Part shown: positions 1 through 10,903 of the stretch, piece by piece
How the letters are laid out: every line of letters begins with the position of its first letter
How positions within the stretch are numbered: position 1 is the stretch's first letter
Made by a program: the position numbers and the translations under genes
Virus record (IMG/VR): IMGVR_UViG_3300031772_000002
Span: 100,447-164,446 of that record
Length of the DNA: 64,000 nt
Source of the DNA: a virus
Direction: 5' to 3' (one strand)
The notes under the pieces: generated by a model
Seen by the model: the letters and a program-made list of their open reading frames with translations, nothing else
What the model was told of the DNA's origin: nothing
The model's database searches: none

Positions 1-1
1 T

Positions 2-196
2 ATGTATGCATGCCCAGGAATGGATAACATAGTTTATGGTTTACTTAATAGATATTTATTAAATGAATCTCATCAAGGAGCAACTGCAAGTGGAGCAAGT
101 TTCATAAAAGATTGTGGACCTTCACAAATTAATATGACACCGGCAAATTCTCCTGAATATACAGGTAGTCGAATAAGAACAAGAAAATTTTTATAA
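2..196 (+). CDS. 3' end of an upstream gene (partial, hypothetical)
   Basis: Open from the window edge; stops just before the AAGGA RBS of 212. Confidence 0.6.
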   Translation: MYACPGMDNIVYGLLNRYLLNESHQGATASGASFIKDCGPSQINMTPANSPEYTGSRIRTRKFL

Positions 197-211
197 GAAA
201 AGGAATTAAAA

Positions 212-2044
212 ATGGCGACAGTATTGCATCGAACTAATAAAGAAGTTTTGTATAGTGTAAACACTCCTGATTATTCAGACGTTGATTGGATAATTAATCC
301 TGATTTAGTATATGTTTTAGGTGTTCCAAAAAAATATTGGAAAATCACAGGAGACGTTGTATCAGAAATGAACCAATCTGAAAAAGATATTGTCGATGCA
401 GCGTTGCTTCCACAAACAAAAATTGACAGGAAAAACTTTTTACGAACTTCAGCTGATAATTTAATTATTAATCAAGGTTATACAATTGAAAAACAATTAA
501 CATTAAATACTCTATATGCAAATAGTACTCAAATTAAAAGTAATAGATATAAGTATATTAATGATTGGGCACTCTGGATTGAACTAATTAATCAGGAAGT
601 TAAAACTAAACAGGATCTTGTTGATGCTCAAACAACAATTGATGATGTAAATTCAATAATACTTGATTCTTCAACATTAATAGCAGCAGATCCAGGGGTT
701 ACCTTAAAAGAAACTATTGAAACTACAGATGATATGGATTTAGCTTCATTCTTGGATTCCAATGCAATAGTTGAAGATACACCAACAGGTATTATTGGGC
801 CTTTTTATTTAATGCAAATTTTAATGAATAGAAGAGAATTATTCAATGATACAGAAAATCCCTTATATCACTCAAGTGTAACTCCTATACTTGGAGACGA
901 TGGTTACTTAGTAGACCATGCCAATAGAATAAATAATGTTGAAATAATACATGGAAAATTAGGTTGGCATAATCAACAACTGCAACAAGCATTATACAAA
1001 CAACCTAAAGATTTACTTATTTATTATGGATGGTTGAATTCATTTAATTCAGCCACAAATGGTTGGAATAACGAATTAGTTGCTCAGGAAATGGCTAAAT
1101 ATCAAATTATTGTTATGGGTGATGGTATAGAAAATCCTACTCACGGAGATTATGCAAATTCACAAATAATAATCGCAAGAATAAAAGTCCTAAATCCATC
1201 CACGCTAATTTTTGGTTATGTTGCTGCAGCTCAAACATTCGTGAGTTTTGAAGCAAAGGTAGATCAATGGAACACTCTTGCAGTTCATGGAATTTTTATT
1301 GATGAAGCAGGGTATGATTATGGTAAAACAAGAGCAGAATTTAATACAATGGTAGATTATGTTCATAGTAAAACAAATTCAAAAATATGTTTTGCCAATT
1401 CTTGGAATACTGATCACATACTAGGAATAGCTAATGATGTTAGTTTTCCAAACTCAACATTTAATAATCCTATAGTTGAATCAAAACTTAATAATACCGA
1501 TTGGATATTATTGGAAAGTTTTCCAATAAATACCACAGCTTATTCAGGAAATAATGGATATGAATCTAAAGGTGATTGGATTATTAGAGGAAATAAAGCT
1601 GTAGCTTTAAGATATACTTATGGCGTGAACTTCGCAGCCTGTGGAATTATTAATGATGGCAATGCCTCTGAAGTTAATCTTTTTAAATTTGGATTTATAT
1701 CATTGTTAATGTTTTCTTTGGAGTCGTTTGGAACATCAGATGTAGGGTATGGTGCAGGATCAGCTAAAACTAAATTAATAACCAGACCTGATGTTTCTAA
1801 TATTGGTATTGTATGGTATATATATCCATCAGTAGTTAATAATACAGCGGATACAGATAAATATTATAGGTATCTTGAAAGTGCAAGATTGGAATTGGAT
1901 TTTTCAACAGGAGCACAAACAAGTTTAATAAGAACAACAAGTAAATTAAGCACTATAGTGGATGCAGATGGAACATTGGCAGATGCTACTATTAAAATAA
2001 ATATTATTATAGATAAATTACAGGAATTAGGATTAATTGAATAA
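212..2044 (+). CDS. Virion-associated protein: N-terminal tail-fibre-assembly-like region plus GH114/spherulin-4-like TIM-barrel glycoside hydrolase domain
   Basis: Motifs LLIYYGW, TLIFGYV, VHGIFIDEAGYDYG, ICFANSWN; RBS AAGGA. Confidence 0.6.
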   Translation: MATVLHRTNKEVLYSVNTPDYSDVDWIINPDLVYVLGVPKKYWKITGDVVSEMNQSEKDIVDAALLPQTKIDRKNFLRTSADNLIINQGYTIEKQLTLNTLYANSTQIKSNRYKYINDWALWIELINQEVKTKQDLVDAQTTIDDVNSIILDSSTLIAADPGVTLKETIETTDDMDLASFLDSNAIVEDTPTGIIGPFYLMQILMNRRELFNDTENPLYHSSVTPILGDDGYLVDHANRINNVEIIHGKLGWHNQQLQQALYKQPKDLLIYYGWLNSFNSATNGWNNELVAQEMAKYQIIVMGDGIENPTHGDYANSQIIIARIKVLNPSTLIFGYVAAAQTFVSFEAKVDQWNTLAVHGIFIDEAGYDYGKTRAEFNTMVDYVHSKTNSKICFANSWNTDHILGIANDVSFPNSTFNNPIVESKLNNTDWILLESFPINTTAYSGNNGYESKGDWIIRGNKAVALRYTYGVNFAACGIINDGNASEVNLFKFGFISLLMFSLESFGTSDVGYGAGSAKTKLITRPDVSNIGIVWYIYPSVVNNTADTDKYYRYLESARLELDFSTGAQTSLIRTTSKLSTIVDADGTLADATIKINIIIDKLQELGLIE

Positions 2045-2053
2045 AGAATAATT

Positions 2054-2473
2054 ATGTCAACATTATATTCAAATTTTGTTTGGGAAGGATTATCAGCTGA
2101 AACAAAACCAACCTATGTACAAGGCGCAAGAGATGGTCATTTATTTAAAGAATTAGATAAAGGATTAACTTATATAAGACGATTGGGTATATGGGAATCA
2201 ATGGGTGTAGGTTTGTCTTTTATTATGGCTACTAAATCTGGAAAAATAACAACAAATTCAAGCGGATACTTTGATGTAATATTCAATACTCCATTTTCTG
2301 ATAATCAATATATAGTTAATCTTACTTGTGAATATTCTACAACTAAAACATCAATTACTACATTTGGTAGTATCACTGCAAATGGTTTTAGAATTTGGAC
2401 TAAAAAAACTAATGGAAGTATAGAATCAGGTGTAGTAGTTTCATGGCTTGTAACTAGAAATTATAATCCTTAA
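2054..2473 (+). CDS. Small tail-fibre-like / H-type-lectin-like protein
   Basis: DVIFNTPFS...YIVNLT...ITANGFRI...VSWLV pattern. Confidence 0.5.
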   Translation: MSTLYSNFVWEGLSAETKPTYVQGARDGHLFKELDKGLTYIRRLGIWESMGVGLSFIMATKSGKITTNSSGYFDVIFNTPFSDNQYIVNLTCEYSTTKTSITTFGSITANGFRIWTKKTNGSIESGVVVSWLVTRNYNP

Positions 2474-2496
2474 TTAATTTACAGAATGGAGTATGA

Positions 2497-2886
2497 ATGG
2501 GTTGGATTAAAACTGGATGGATTGATGTAATAGGAACTGAACTTTTAAAAGTTATAGTAGGACCATCAAGTTCAGATTCAGAAGATGTATCAACATATAA
2601 CGAAATTACTATTAGAGCAAGCATTACTTTTGGTGGAAGTTCACCTAAAGGAAATGCTATAATTAATGTATACAATATAAATACATCAAGCGGTGGGTCG
2701 GATACTCCTGATACAGAGCCAATATTAAGTAGAATTATTAAAAAAGAATTATCATCAGAAGTAATAATTACTATTCCAAATATTAAAACAACAACATTAG
2801 ATAGTTTAAAAATTGAAATTGTTAATGAAGATGTTAATGACAATATATCCGTATGGATATCAATTATGCATTCTTATGCTGAATAA
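2497..2886 (+). CDS. Hypothetical structural protein
   Basis: GGAG RBS, tightly packed in operon. Confidence 0.6.
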   Translation: MGWIKTGWIDVIGTELLKVIVGPSSSDSEDVSTYNEITIRASITFGGSSPKGNAIINVYNINTSSGGSDTPDTEPILSRIIKKELSSEVIITIPNIKTTTLDSLKIEIVNEDVNDNISVWISIMHSYAE

Positions 2887-2888
2887 TT

Positions 2889-3683
2889 ATGAAAATTAAT
2901 AGATCAAATGAAATTAATTTTGCTAAGTCAATTACACAATTTATAATTGGCGCCTGGGTATGTATTGAAAACTCTGGTAAAATTTTATTTGATTATTCTA
3001 AAAATTCAGTTGATGGAATTCTTGATGGAAATACATTATTTGATTCAGATATATTCGGTTCTGTTTTAAAATTTTCGGGAAACTCAAGTGTTATTATTGA
3101 TAGTTCTAAATTTGTATTTCCTCAAGAAGTTTTTTCATTATTAACAAGAGTTAAATTTAATAATATTGGAAATATAGAAACAATTTGGTCTGCTTATGAT
3201 GGCGCCGCTGATATTCATAGCCATTTATATAAAGACGATTTTGAAATTATTCACATATCTTTAGGAGACGGCGCATCGGTTGTTGATAAAACATTTTCTA
3301 CAATTGTTAATGCAAATGAATGGATTGATATAGGAATTGCATGGAATTCTGAATCTAATATAATTAAAGGTTATATTAATGGTATTGAAGATTTTTCAGA
3401 TACTATAAATTTAACATTAAAAAGTTCATTAATAGAAAATATATTAATTGGAAAAAAACCTGGATTAGTAGATAATCAATTTGATGGAAATATTACTTTT
3501 TTTTATGTATGGAATAGATGTGTTAATAATACTGAATTTAAAATATTAAATATTGATCCGTATTTTATATTTAAAAATGATCAATTAATTAATATTTTAC
3601 TTTCAGATTTAAAAGAAGAAATATTATTATCTCGTGCTATTTGTAGAGGCGTTGGAGAAGGTGTTATGGTTGGAATCGGATAA
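2889..3683 (+). CDS. LamG/concanavalin A-like domain protein
   Basis: NEWIDIGIAW...IKGYING...ILIG...FDGNI...VWNR pattern. Confidence 0.75.
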   Translation: MKINRSNEINFAKSITQFIIGAWVCIENSGKILFDYSKNSVDGILDGNTLFDSDIFGSVLKFSGNSSVIIDSSKFVFPQEVFSLLTRVKFNNIGNIETIWSAYDGAADIHSHLYKDDFEIIHISLGDGASVVDKTFSTIVNANEWIDIGIAWNSESNIIKGYINGIEDFSDTINLTLKSSLIENILIGKKPGLVDNQFDGNITFFYVWNRCVNNTEFKILNIDPYFIFKNDQLINILLSDLKEEILLSRAICRGVGEGVMVGIG

Positions 3684-3697
3684 TTTAAGGAGAAAAT

Positions 3698-5530
3698 ATG
3701 GAAATTTTTAGAGAATCTGAAGTTGCATCAATATTTACTGTTCCATTAATTGATGCATCAAAAAGACCTAGTTATAAAGCAAATCCAACTCTTGAAGCTG
3801 GTGATGTAAAAGTAATAAGACATACCGGTGGGGCATGGGATGTTTCAAATATTGCATCATTGCCATCAGCAATTGTTGGCGCGACATCAAATGTTTTAGT
3901 GTCTTTAACTGATACTGAATTAACATCTGATGATTTAAAATATCCAATTATTGTACAGTTTATAGATCAAACCGCCATAAACGAATGGGACAATCAAACT
4001 GTTATAATATGGACTCAAGTTTTAAATGTTGATCTTCTTAAAATTAATCATGAATCTATTAGTGGAAATGATGCAATATTAAATTTAAAACAATTAAATA
4101 TTGTATGCGATTCAGGAAAAGCGGTTAATATTGAATCTTTAGATAATATAGGAATTGATATTAAGGGCGGAGAAACGTATGAAGGAGTAAAAATAGAAGG
4201 TGGCGATGATGGGAATGGTTTAACAATATCAGCAGGTGAATCAGCTCATGGTATAGAAATAAATGCAGGTACTAACGGGGGCTATGCAGTTAAAATTCGT
4301 AATGATTATAGTGGGCCTGCTGTTTCAATACAAGCTATTGATGGGGCAGGGTTAGATTGTTCTGGTAAAACTGCTGGAATAAAAACAATAGCAACTGAAG
4401 GGGCTGGAATATTAATAGAAGGTGGTGGCGGACCTGGTATTGAAGTTATTGGTGATGATGGATTTTCTGGAATCTTAGCAAAAACTGTTGATAATGGATG
4501 CGGGATTGAAGTTATAGGCTCTTCTGACCAGCCAGGAATTAAAGTAACTGGTGGTCTTACTGGAGATGGTATGCGCATAGAAGCTGGTCCTAATGGCAAT
4601 GGAAACGGTTTAGCCGTACAAGGACAATCTGATGGAATATATGCGTATAGTCAGGACGGAGCTAATGGCATGTATTTACAAGGTGACGGGGAAGGGTCAG
4701 GTTTGTATATAGCAGGAGGAATTGAAGGAAATGGTATAGATGTTGATTCCGGTCCTACTACAGGAAATGGTATAAATATTTTAAGCGATGTTGGAATTGG
4801 AATAAATGTACAAGGTGGATTGGATAAGCCTGGAATTAAAGTGTCAGGAGGAATTACAGGAAATGCCATAGAAATTGTTGGTGGGGCTACATCTGGAAAT
4901 GGAATTGATATATCTACCATTGAAGGTTTAGGGATTAAAATTATTGCTGGTGGTACTGAAAAAGATGGAATATCAATTCAAGGATCTCCTGATGGCAATG
5001 GTATTAAAATTGATGGATTCGGAATAGGGCATGGTATTAAAATTGCTGCAGGAATTGAAGGGAGTGGTATTGTAGTGTATGGAGGATCTGATCTTGAACT
5101 TGGAGGACCTGCTATAGATTTAATTGGATCAAATACAAATACATATGCTGTTCAAATTCATGGAGGCATGTCAATGGTATCAAATACTGCTCTTCCTGGA
5201 TTGTTAATTACAGGAGATAGTGAATCTCCTGGAGTGTCTATTGCGGGTGGTTCATCTGGAAATGGCATTGATATTGTTGGGGCAGTTGGGCCTTCATTCT
5301 ATGATATTAACGCTAAAGAAGTAATAGGGCTTACACATTTAGATAGTGAAATTGATACTGTTCCTATATCTGAAGTTCTTGAACTTGTTATGGCTATGGT
5401 GAATGGTCGATTTGTAAAAGACGATCCTGAACCTGGACAAATTACATTTTATAAACGCGACGATGTGACTCCATTATTTACTGTAGCAGTAACTGAAACA
5501 GAACGTGAGCGTACTGATATTCCTGAGTAA
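3698..5530 (+). CDS. Glycine-rich repeat (beta-helix/beta-roll-like) virion protein
   Basis: Many G(N)GI-x-I-x-G repeats over residues ~140-530; AAGGAG RBS. Confidence 0.7.
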   Translation: MEIFRESEVASIFTVPLIDASKRPSYKANPTLEAGDVKVIRHTGGAWDVSNIASLPSAIVGATSNVLVSLTDTELTSDDLKYPIIVQFIDQTAINEWDNQTVIIWTQVLNVDLLKINHESISGNDAILNLKQLNIVCDSGKAVNIESLDNIGIDIKGGETYEGVKIEGGDDGNGLTISAGESAHGIEINAGTNGGYAVKIRNDYSGPAVSIQAIDGAGLDCSGKTAGIKTIATEGAGILIEGGGGPGIEVIGDDGFSGILAKTVDNGCGIEVIGSSDQPGIKVTGGLTGDGMRIEAGPNGNGNGLAVQGQSDGIYAYSQDGANGMYLQGDGEGSGLYIAGGIEGNGIDVDSGPTTGNGINILSDVGIGINVQGGLDKPGIKVSGGITGNAIEIVGGATSGNGIDISTIEGLGIKIIAGGTEKDGISIQGSPDGNGIKIDGFGIGHGIKIAAGIEGSGIVVYGGSDLELGGPAIDLIGSNTNTYAVQIHGGMSMVSNTALPGLLITGDSESPGVSIAGGSSGNGIDIVGAVGPSFYDINAKEVIGLTHLDSEIDTVPISEVLELVMAMVNGRFVKDDPEPGQITFYKRDDVTPLFTVAVTETERERTDIPE

Positions 5531-5544
5531 TACGAAAGATTGAA

Positions 5545-7596
5545 ATGGAAACAATTTTAACAACTGTAGATAATATATCCGTATATGGATTCAAATATCA
5601 AGGATCTAATATATTATTAGCAACATATGGATATCTTGATATTGATGATGCAAGACCTATTCCAAGTTTACCAGCAAGAATTGATGAATCTCCTTCTGAA
5701 TATGTTAATATTGAAGAAATGACAGGTCTTGTTTTTTGGAATTATATTTCTACTTTTTGGAATTATTTAACAGAAAAAGATCGTGATATTTTTGAAAATT
5801 TTTGGGATGGATTAACAAAAGCTAGTTATAGTTTATATGATAAATCTAAACGTTTTTTTAATTTAACAAATCCTGAAAATACAAATATTAACATTAGTGA
5901 ATATTATTATGATGTTTTAATCGGACCACTTAATTCTATACCTACTAATCTCGATCCAACTTCAAAAAATCCTAATTATATAATTCGTCCTATTAATAAA
6001 ATACTTATTGAACCTGAATATGATTCAAATGAAAATCCAATATATAATGATTTAATAGAAATAGAACGTAACGATTATTATAAAATAAGAGATATTGGAA
6101 TAGGGCAATATATTATTATTAAATTAAATGATGAAAATATTAATAATAAATATTTTAAAATTATAGACTTACTTTCATCAGAAGAAATTGACAATCGTTA
6201 CTATCCAGCATCAAGTAAAATTATAGTTAATGATGAATTGGTTGATGCCAAACCATCATTTAAATATATAATTAAAATAGATGGAGATTTATCATATATT
6301 AAAGACAACACATTTACTATATATTTAACTACTGGATTGTCTTATCAAATTGACAATTATATAACAGATCTTCCTGTATTGAAAAGTTTTATAAGTCAAC
6401 AATATGGAACTTCATTTTATGAAAATGTAGATTATTTATTTTATAATCATACTGTTGAATTTATTAATAATATTTTTAGTAATGGAAATCTTGAATTCGA
6501 TACTTATTTATATTGTCCTAATTCAAAATCAATTGAATACATGTTATATGAAACATATGGAACTCTTGTTGATTTGAGTGATTGGGAGTCTTATGGACAT
6601 GATGTTATTTCCGGCAAGGCGTCAATAAATTCACTATTATTATCTATCCAAAATTCTAACACTCTTTCATATTATAATAGGGCTTTAAATATCTATTATG
6701 GAATGCCTGTTGCTCCTGAAGATGCTACAGTAATAGGATTGTATGAATCGTATGCGTATGAAGTTTTATCAAAATCAGAATCTTATATTACTATTAAACT
6801 TAAATCAGGATCTTCAATGCATCCATTTATCCAGAATGGAACAGTTTTACTTGTTGAAGGAAAATCTGAAATAATGGTATATTCTGTTATTAACAGATTA
6901 ACTGGAGAATTAAGATTGTACGAAAGTAATAATGTAGCTGTTGGGGATTTTGTATATGTAAAACTTAATAATAAATATGGTATTAATGGTTTTAGAAAAG
7001 AAGTTGGTGAATTGCCAGGATCAATAGATATTCAAACTGAGTATGATGCAGATAAAATACAACATATTATTGATATTATTCAATATTTAACAGATAATAA
7101 ACAATATCCTGAAATTTTAGTATATGGAACAGAATTATTAGAGTATAATTATAATGGTATCTACCATATAACTAAATCTGAAAAAGTATTTTATGATACT
7201 AGATTAAAAATTTATCTTAAATCAAATAATGATAGTACTATATATAATGATTTTATTGTAAAAGGAGACTCTCGATTACATGGAGGATTTGTTCATATTC
7301 CATGGCCAACTCATAAATTTTTATATTTATATCTTAAATCAAAAAGATACTATAAGGTGTATATAGATACATCCCTTGATACTATATATGATACCGGAGA
7401 TGAAGTTAAAAAATATGACGTTATCACTCGAAACGTTTCTGCTGTTGATAATGAAATGTTTAAAGGTTGGGTTGAATTTGATCAATTTAGAAGATATAAT
7501 GGATTAAATATAGAATCTAATCATATTGAGTTAACAAGTACAATGCCAATGGCAAAATTTGGAGAATATTTTCCTGGAAGCGTTTTGTTAAAATAA
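5545..7596 (+). CDS. Putative baseplate/structural protein
   Basis: 683-aa ORF in structural operon; function inferred from context only. Confidence 0.45.
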   Translation: METILTTVDNISVYGFKYQGSNILLATYGYLDIDDARPIPSLPARIDESPSEYVNIEEMTGLVFWNYISTFWNYLTEKDRDIFENFWDGLTKASYSLYDKSKRFFNLTNPENTNINISEYYYDVLIGPLNSIPTNLDPTSKNPNYIIRPINKILIEPEYDSNENPIYNDLIEIERNDYYKIRDIGIGQYIIIKLNDENINNKYFKIIDLLSSEEIDNRYYPASSKIIVNDELVDAKPSFKYIIKIDGDLSYIKDNTFTIYLTTGLSYQIDNYITDLPVLKSFISQQYGTSFYENVDYLFYNHTVEFINNIFSNGNLEFDTYLYCPNSKSIEYMLYETYGTLVDLSDWESYGHDVISGKASINSLLLSIQNSNTLSYYNRALNIYYGMPVAPEDATVIGLYESYAYEVLSKSESYITIKLKSGSSMHPFIQNGTVLLVEGKSEIMVYSVINRLTGELRLYESNNVAVGDFVYVKLNNKYGINGFRKEVGELPGSIDIQTEYDADKIQHIIDIIQYLTDNKQYPEILVYGTELLEYNYNGIYHITKSEKVFYDTRLKIYLKSNNDSTIYNDFIVKGDSRLHGGFVHIPWPTHKFLYLYLKSKRYYKVYIDTSLDTIYDTGDEVKKYDVITRNVSAVDNEMFKGWVEFDQFRRYNGLNIESNHIELTSTMPMAKFGEYFPGSVLLK

Positions 7597-7612
7597 TTTA
7601 AAAGGATTTTCA

Positions 7613-8017
7613 ATGAATATTATTCCATTAGTTAGAAATAAAATGCTTACTATTGCTAAAGATGCAATTCTTCATGAAGATATAATAATTAAACAAATTA
7701 CATTTTTAGATAATTCATCGCTTGTTTTAGCTAATATGCCATTTTATGATTTAGTATATCTTGGAAGTCAAACTCAATTAAAATTTTATTCTATAGGAGG
7801 AGGAACTGTACTGCGAACATCAATTATATTATCAGGAACTCCTGTAAGATTTGAAATTTTAGGAAAACCGGAAGGTGAAGACGATCCATTAATAGTATTA
7901 TCAGGAACTGTTGGATCTATTAATACTAAATCAGATATAAAGTTTAATAGAATAAATTGGATTAGTGGAGGAATATTAACTTTAAATAATCTTGTATTGA
8001 TTTTACCTAATTCTTAA
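7613..8017 (+). CDS. Hypothetical structural protein
   Basis: AAGGA RBS, operon context. Confidence 0.6.
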   Translation: MNIIPLVRNKMLTIAKDAILHEDIIIKQITFLDNSSLVLANMPFYDLVYLGSQTQLKFYSIGGGTVLRTSIILSGTPVRFEILGKPEGEDDPLIVLSGTVGSINTKSDIKFNRINWISGGILTLNNLVLILPNS

Positions 8018-8036
8018 TTTACAAAAGGTAATATTT

Positions 8037-9365
8037 ATGAATACGTATGTATATCGTGAAATTTTAGATAAGTCAATTGTCGGTGAAAAAATTTATCTTG
8101 GAACAATAGATTATATTTTAGGTTTATATACCGATAAATTAATTGTTCCTCACAATCCATTTGGTGACGATCCTCATGGGACAGGATCAATTGATGGATC
8201 AACATTTAAAATTGGACAAGTTGAAGCTATAGAATTAGTTAAATCTGAAGAAATTATTGCTAAAAAGAAATTCAGATTATTAGGAGATTCATTAAGTGAA
8301 ACAGTAATATTAACAGGAACTTCAACATTAAATGATGCTGGACAATTGGAATTATATAATAAAGTTAATTTAGAAAATAAATTAGTTATAAAATTAACTG
8401 CTCATGATAATGTTGCTCAATATAGTTATATTAATAAAAAACTAGTTATTGGTAGTGGTTATGAAAAAGCATCTAAATACATTTTTGAAATAGACTCTCC
8501 AAATTTATCGTATATTGATAACTGTTCAGGAGATAGTTTAAATTATGTTGATGCATTTATACAAAATATTTCTTTTTTAGATGGTTTAGGAGATACAAGA
8601 AGATTAATAGATATAACAGATACCGTTGATAATTTAACAGATTTATTTTTTGACCATCCAATAATGACTAAACATATGGCTGCTGAATTAATGAATATTG
8701 GAAGTTCTCATGTATCATCTTCAGCGTGGGGTTATCTTAATTCAATAAATCAATCTCTTGGAAAAACAAGTAATGTTGAATTTAATAATGTTACAATAGT
8801 AAATGATTTAATTGTTAATGGAAGTTTATCATTAGATAGTATATCAATAGCTAATGAATGTTTATCTGGATATTATAAAGAAAATCAATATAGTGTTTAC
8901 ATGGGATATCCAGAAGATGTTAAATTAAAATTTACAATTAAATTATGGAAAAGTTTAATATCTTCCAGAACATTGGTATACACCACAGATTATTCATTAT
9001 ATTGTAGAGCTGAATATAGTGGTATTAGAACAACTTTATTTGGACATTTAGATATAATACTTAAAGCTGGAGATACTCCTACTTTAAAAGTAACAATGGA
9101 AGTTACAGATCCTGGAAATGATAAAAGATTATGTCCTGATGGAAACGTTGCTGGAGAAATTGGATGTGGAACTGTATTTTTTGAAGGTTCAGGAAATAAA
9201 TATACAGGAATAGCATTATTAGCTTATAATACTGAAACTATTGAGTTTTATGCAAATGGTATAAATTCTCTTCCAGCATGGCCAAATACAAATATAAAAT
9301 TATATTTTAATGTAAGTTATTTTAATAATATTGAATTTTCAGCTCCGGCCCCAGGAGAGTCTTAA
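8037..9365 (+). CDS. Hypothetical tail-fibre-like protein
   Basis: 442-aa ORF; INQSLGKTSNVEFNNVT resembles a phage fibre repeat. Confidence 0.5.
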   Translation: MNTYVYREILDKSIVGEKIYLGTIDYILGLYTDKLIVPHNPFGDDPHGTGSIDGSTFKIGQVEAIELVKSEEIIAKKKFRLLGDSLSETVILTGTSTLNDAGQLELYNKVNLENKLVIKLTAHDNVAQYSYINKKLVIGSGYEKASKYIFEIDSPNLSYIDNCSGDSLNYVDAFIQNISFLDGLGDTRRLIDITDTVDNLTDLFFDHPIMTKHMAAELMNIGSSHVSSSAWGYLNSINQSLGKTSNVEFNNVTIVNDLIVNGSLSLDSISIANECLSGYYKENQYSVYMGYPEDVKLKFTIKLWKSLISSRTLVYTTDYSLYCRAEYSGIRTTLFGHLDIILKAGDTPTLKVTMEVTDPGNDKRLCPDGNVAGEIGCGTVFFEGSGNKYTGIALLAYNTETIEFYANGINSLPAWPNTNIKLYFNVSYFNNIEFSAPAPGES

Positions 9366-9391
9366 TTAAAAATTTAACCTAAAGGTGTTTT

Positions 9392-9940
9392 ATGATTAGT
9401 CCTCAAGTAATAAATATGAATAGAGATAGCGTTATGGCTTTCATTGGATATGATGTTATTAATAATACTACACAAATTCCTATTAGTGAAGAGTCTGTAA
9501 TATCTTTATTTGTTGATATAAGATTGTATAACTTAATAACTGGTTCAAATGATGTTATAGAAAAAATTACTATGTCGTTTCAAGATGTGGGCTTTTGGAC
9601 TATTAATATTAACGATATTATTAGCATATTAAGTGATCGTAATAAATATGTTGGAAAAATTTCTAAAAATTCTGATGAAACCGTAGATCTAAGAACATTT
9701 TATATTCCAGAATTTGCCGTTGATAATGATTCGTTTGAAAATGTCCTTATGAGAATGCCTTATGAAATAATTATTGCAGAAGGAAGTGCATATTTTTATT
9801 GGTATGATATTGGACATCAAGGGGAGCCATCATATATAAGATATGTAGCTTCTGCATATGAAGGAGGATCAGGAACTAATTATGCTACGGATCCAAGTAG
9901 AGTAACTCACCGTGGTGAAATAACTGAATACTTAGTTTAA
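9392..9940 (+). CDS. Hypothetical structural protein
   Basis: AAGGTG RBS, operon context. Confidence 0.6.
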   Translation: MISPQVINMNRDSVMAFIGYDVINNTTQIPISEESVISLFVDIRLYNLITGSNDVIEKITMSFQDVGFWTININDIISILSDRNKYVGKISKNSDETVDLRTFYIPEFAVDNDSFENVLMRMPYEIIIAEGSAYFYWYDIGHQGEPSYIRYVASAYEGGSGTNYATDPSRVTHRGEITEYLV

Positions 9941-9961
9941 CTATAAGGATTGTGTTAAGCA

Positions 9962-10897
9962 ATGCATCCATTTACTTCAAGTCTTTTTGCGAATCCTAAT
10001 CTTAATTCTGCATTTTCAAGTTATGGATCCAAACCATATATTTCAAAAATTGTATTTTCTGTAGGAACTAAAGCTTTATCAGACGATCAATATGTTATTA
10101 AAAATAAAGATGGATCAATGCCATCCGCTTCAATTAATAATGGATTATTAACATTTTCTACACAACAATATCATCCTTATGTTGGAATTGGAGATGAGGT
10201 GTCTTTAAGTAATGACATAACAGTATATTTAAATGAAAAAATATCTTTATATCAATGGAGAGTACTTGATGCGTATGGAAATCTTCCTCTTAGTTTTACA
10301 AATGCTACTGTTGTAAAAATAGATAAAACATTTAATAGTTTATATGATGCAATATCAGGAAATACTCCTGAAATATATTCAAAACTTGGAAACAATTTCG
10401 ATCTTATATCAAAAAGAGCTCAGTTATGTATAGCATGTTATAAAATGACTGAGGATATGGCGGGAAATAGCATTACATTTAGTGAAAGTTGGATTCTTGA
10501 TGAAGAATGTAATATTAAAATATTTTCTCCTATAGATATAAGTCATGAATGCAATTCAATACAAAGAAGTAAAATAAGAGGATCATCAACAGATGGATTT
10601 GTATTATATTCATCAGATGGATCAGGCTCTGTTCCTACAATACATATGTCCCCTTATATTTCAGTAAGCGGATTAATAATAGGAGATGACGATGGTATTG
10701 TTGGAAATATGGCTAGATATGGCTTTTTATATGATTCAATTTATACAGAGGCAGAACTTACTATGGAAATATTTGATAATGTTATAGTAAACGTATACAA
10801 TGCAATAGATTTAAGAACACAACCTATAAATAGCAATATCTATAATAATATTATAAAAAGATGCGTTTTTGGAATAGTTGTTGAAAACCTTACTTAA
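9962..10897 (+). CDS. N-terminal part of the beta-helix repeat adhesin (first repeat unit)
   Basis: FSVG...LTFS...VGIGD...YLNEKIS..QWRVLD.YG unit homologous to the repeats in 10904..17320. Confidence 0.75.
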   Translation: MHPFTSSLFANPNLNSAFSSYGSKPYISKIVFSVGTKALSDDQYVIKNKDGSMPSASINNGLLTFSTQQYHPYVGIGDEVSLSNDITVYLNEKISLYQWRVLDAYGNLPLSFTNATVVKIDKTFNSLYDAISGNTPEIYSKLGNNFDLISKRAQLCIACYKMTEDMAGNSITFSESWILDEECNIKIFSPIDISHECNSIQRSKIRGSSTDGFVLYSSDGSGSVPTIHMSPYISVSGLIIGDDDGIVGNMARYGFLYDSIYTEAELTMEIFDNVIVNVYNAIDLRTQPINSNIYNNIIKRCVFGIVVENLT

Positions 10898-10903
10898 AAA
10901 ATT

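Noticed and set aside
2454-4920. Antisense ORFs (2454-2843, 4306-4599, 4651-4920 and similar ones elsewhere)
   Set aside because: Shadow frames of well-supported genes on the opposite strand, with no RBS
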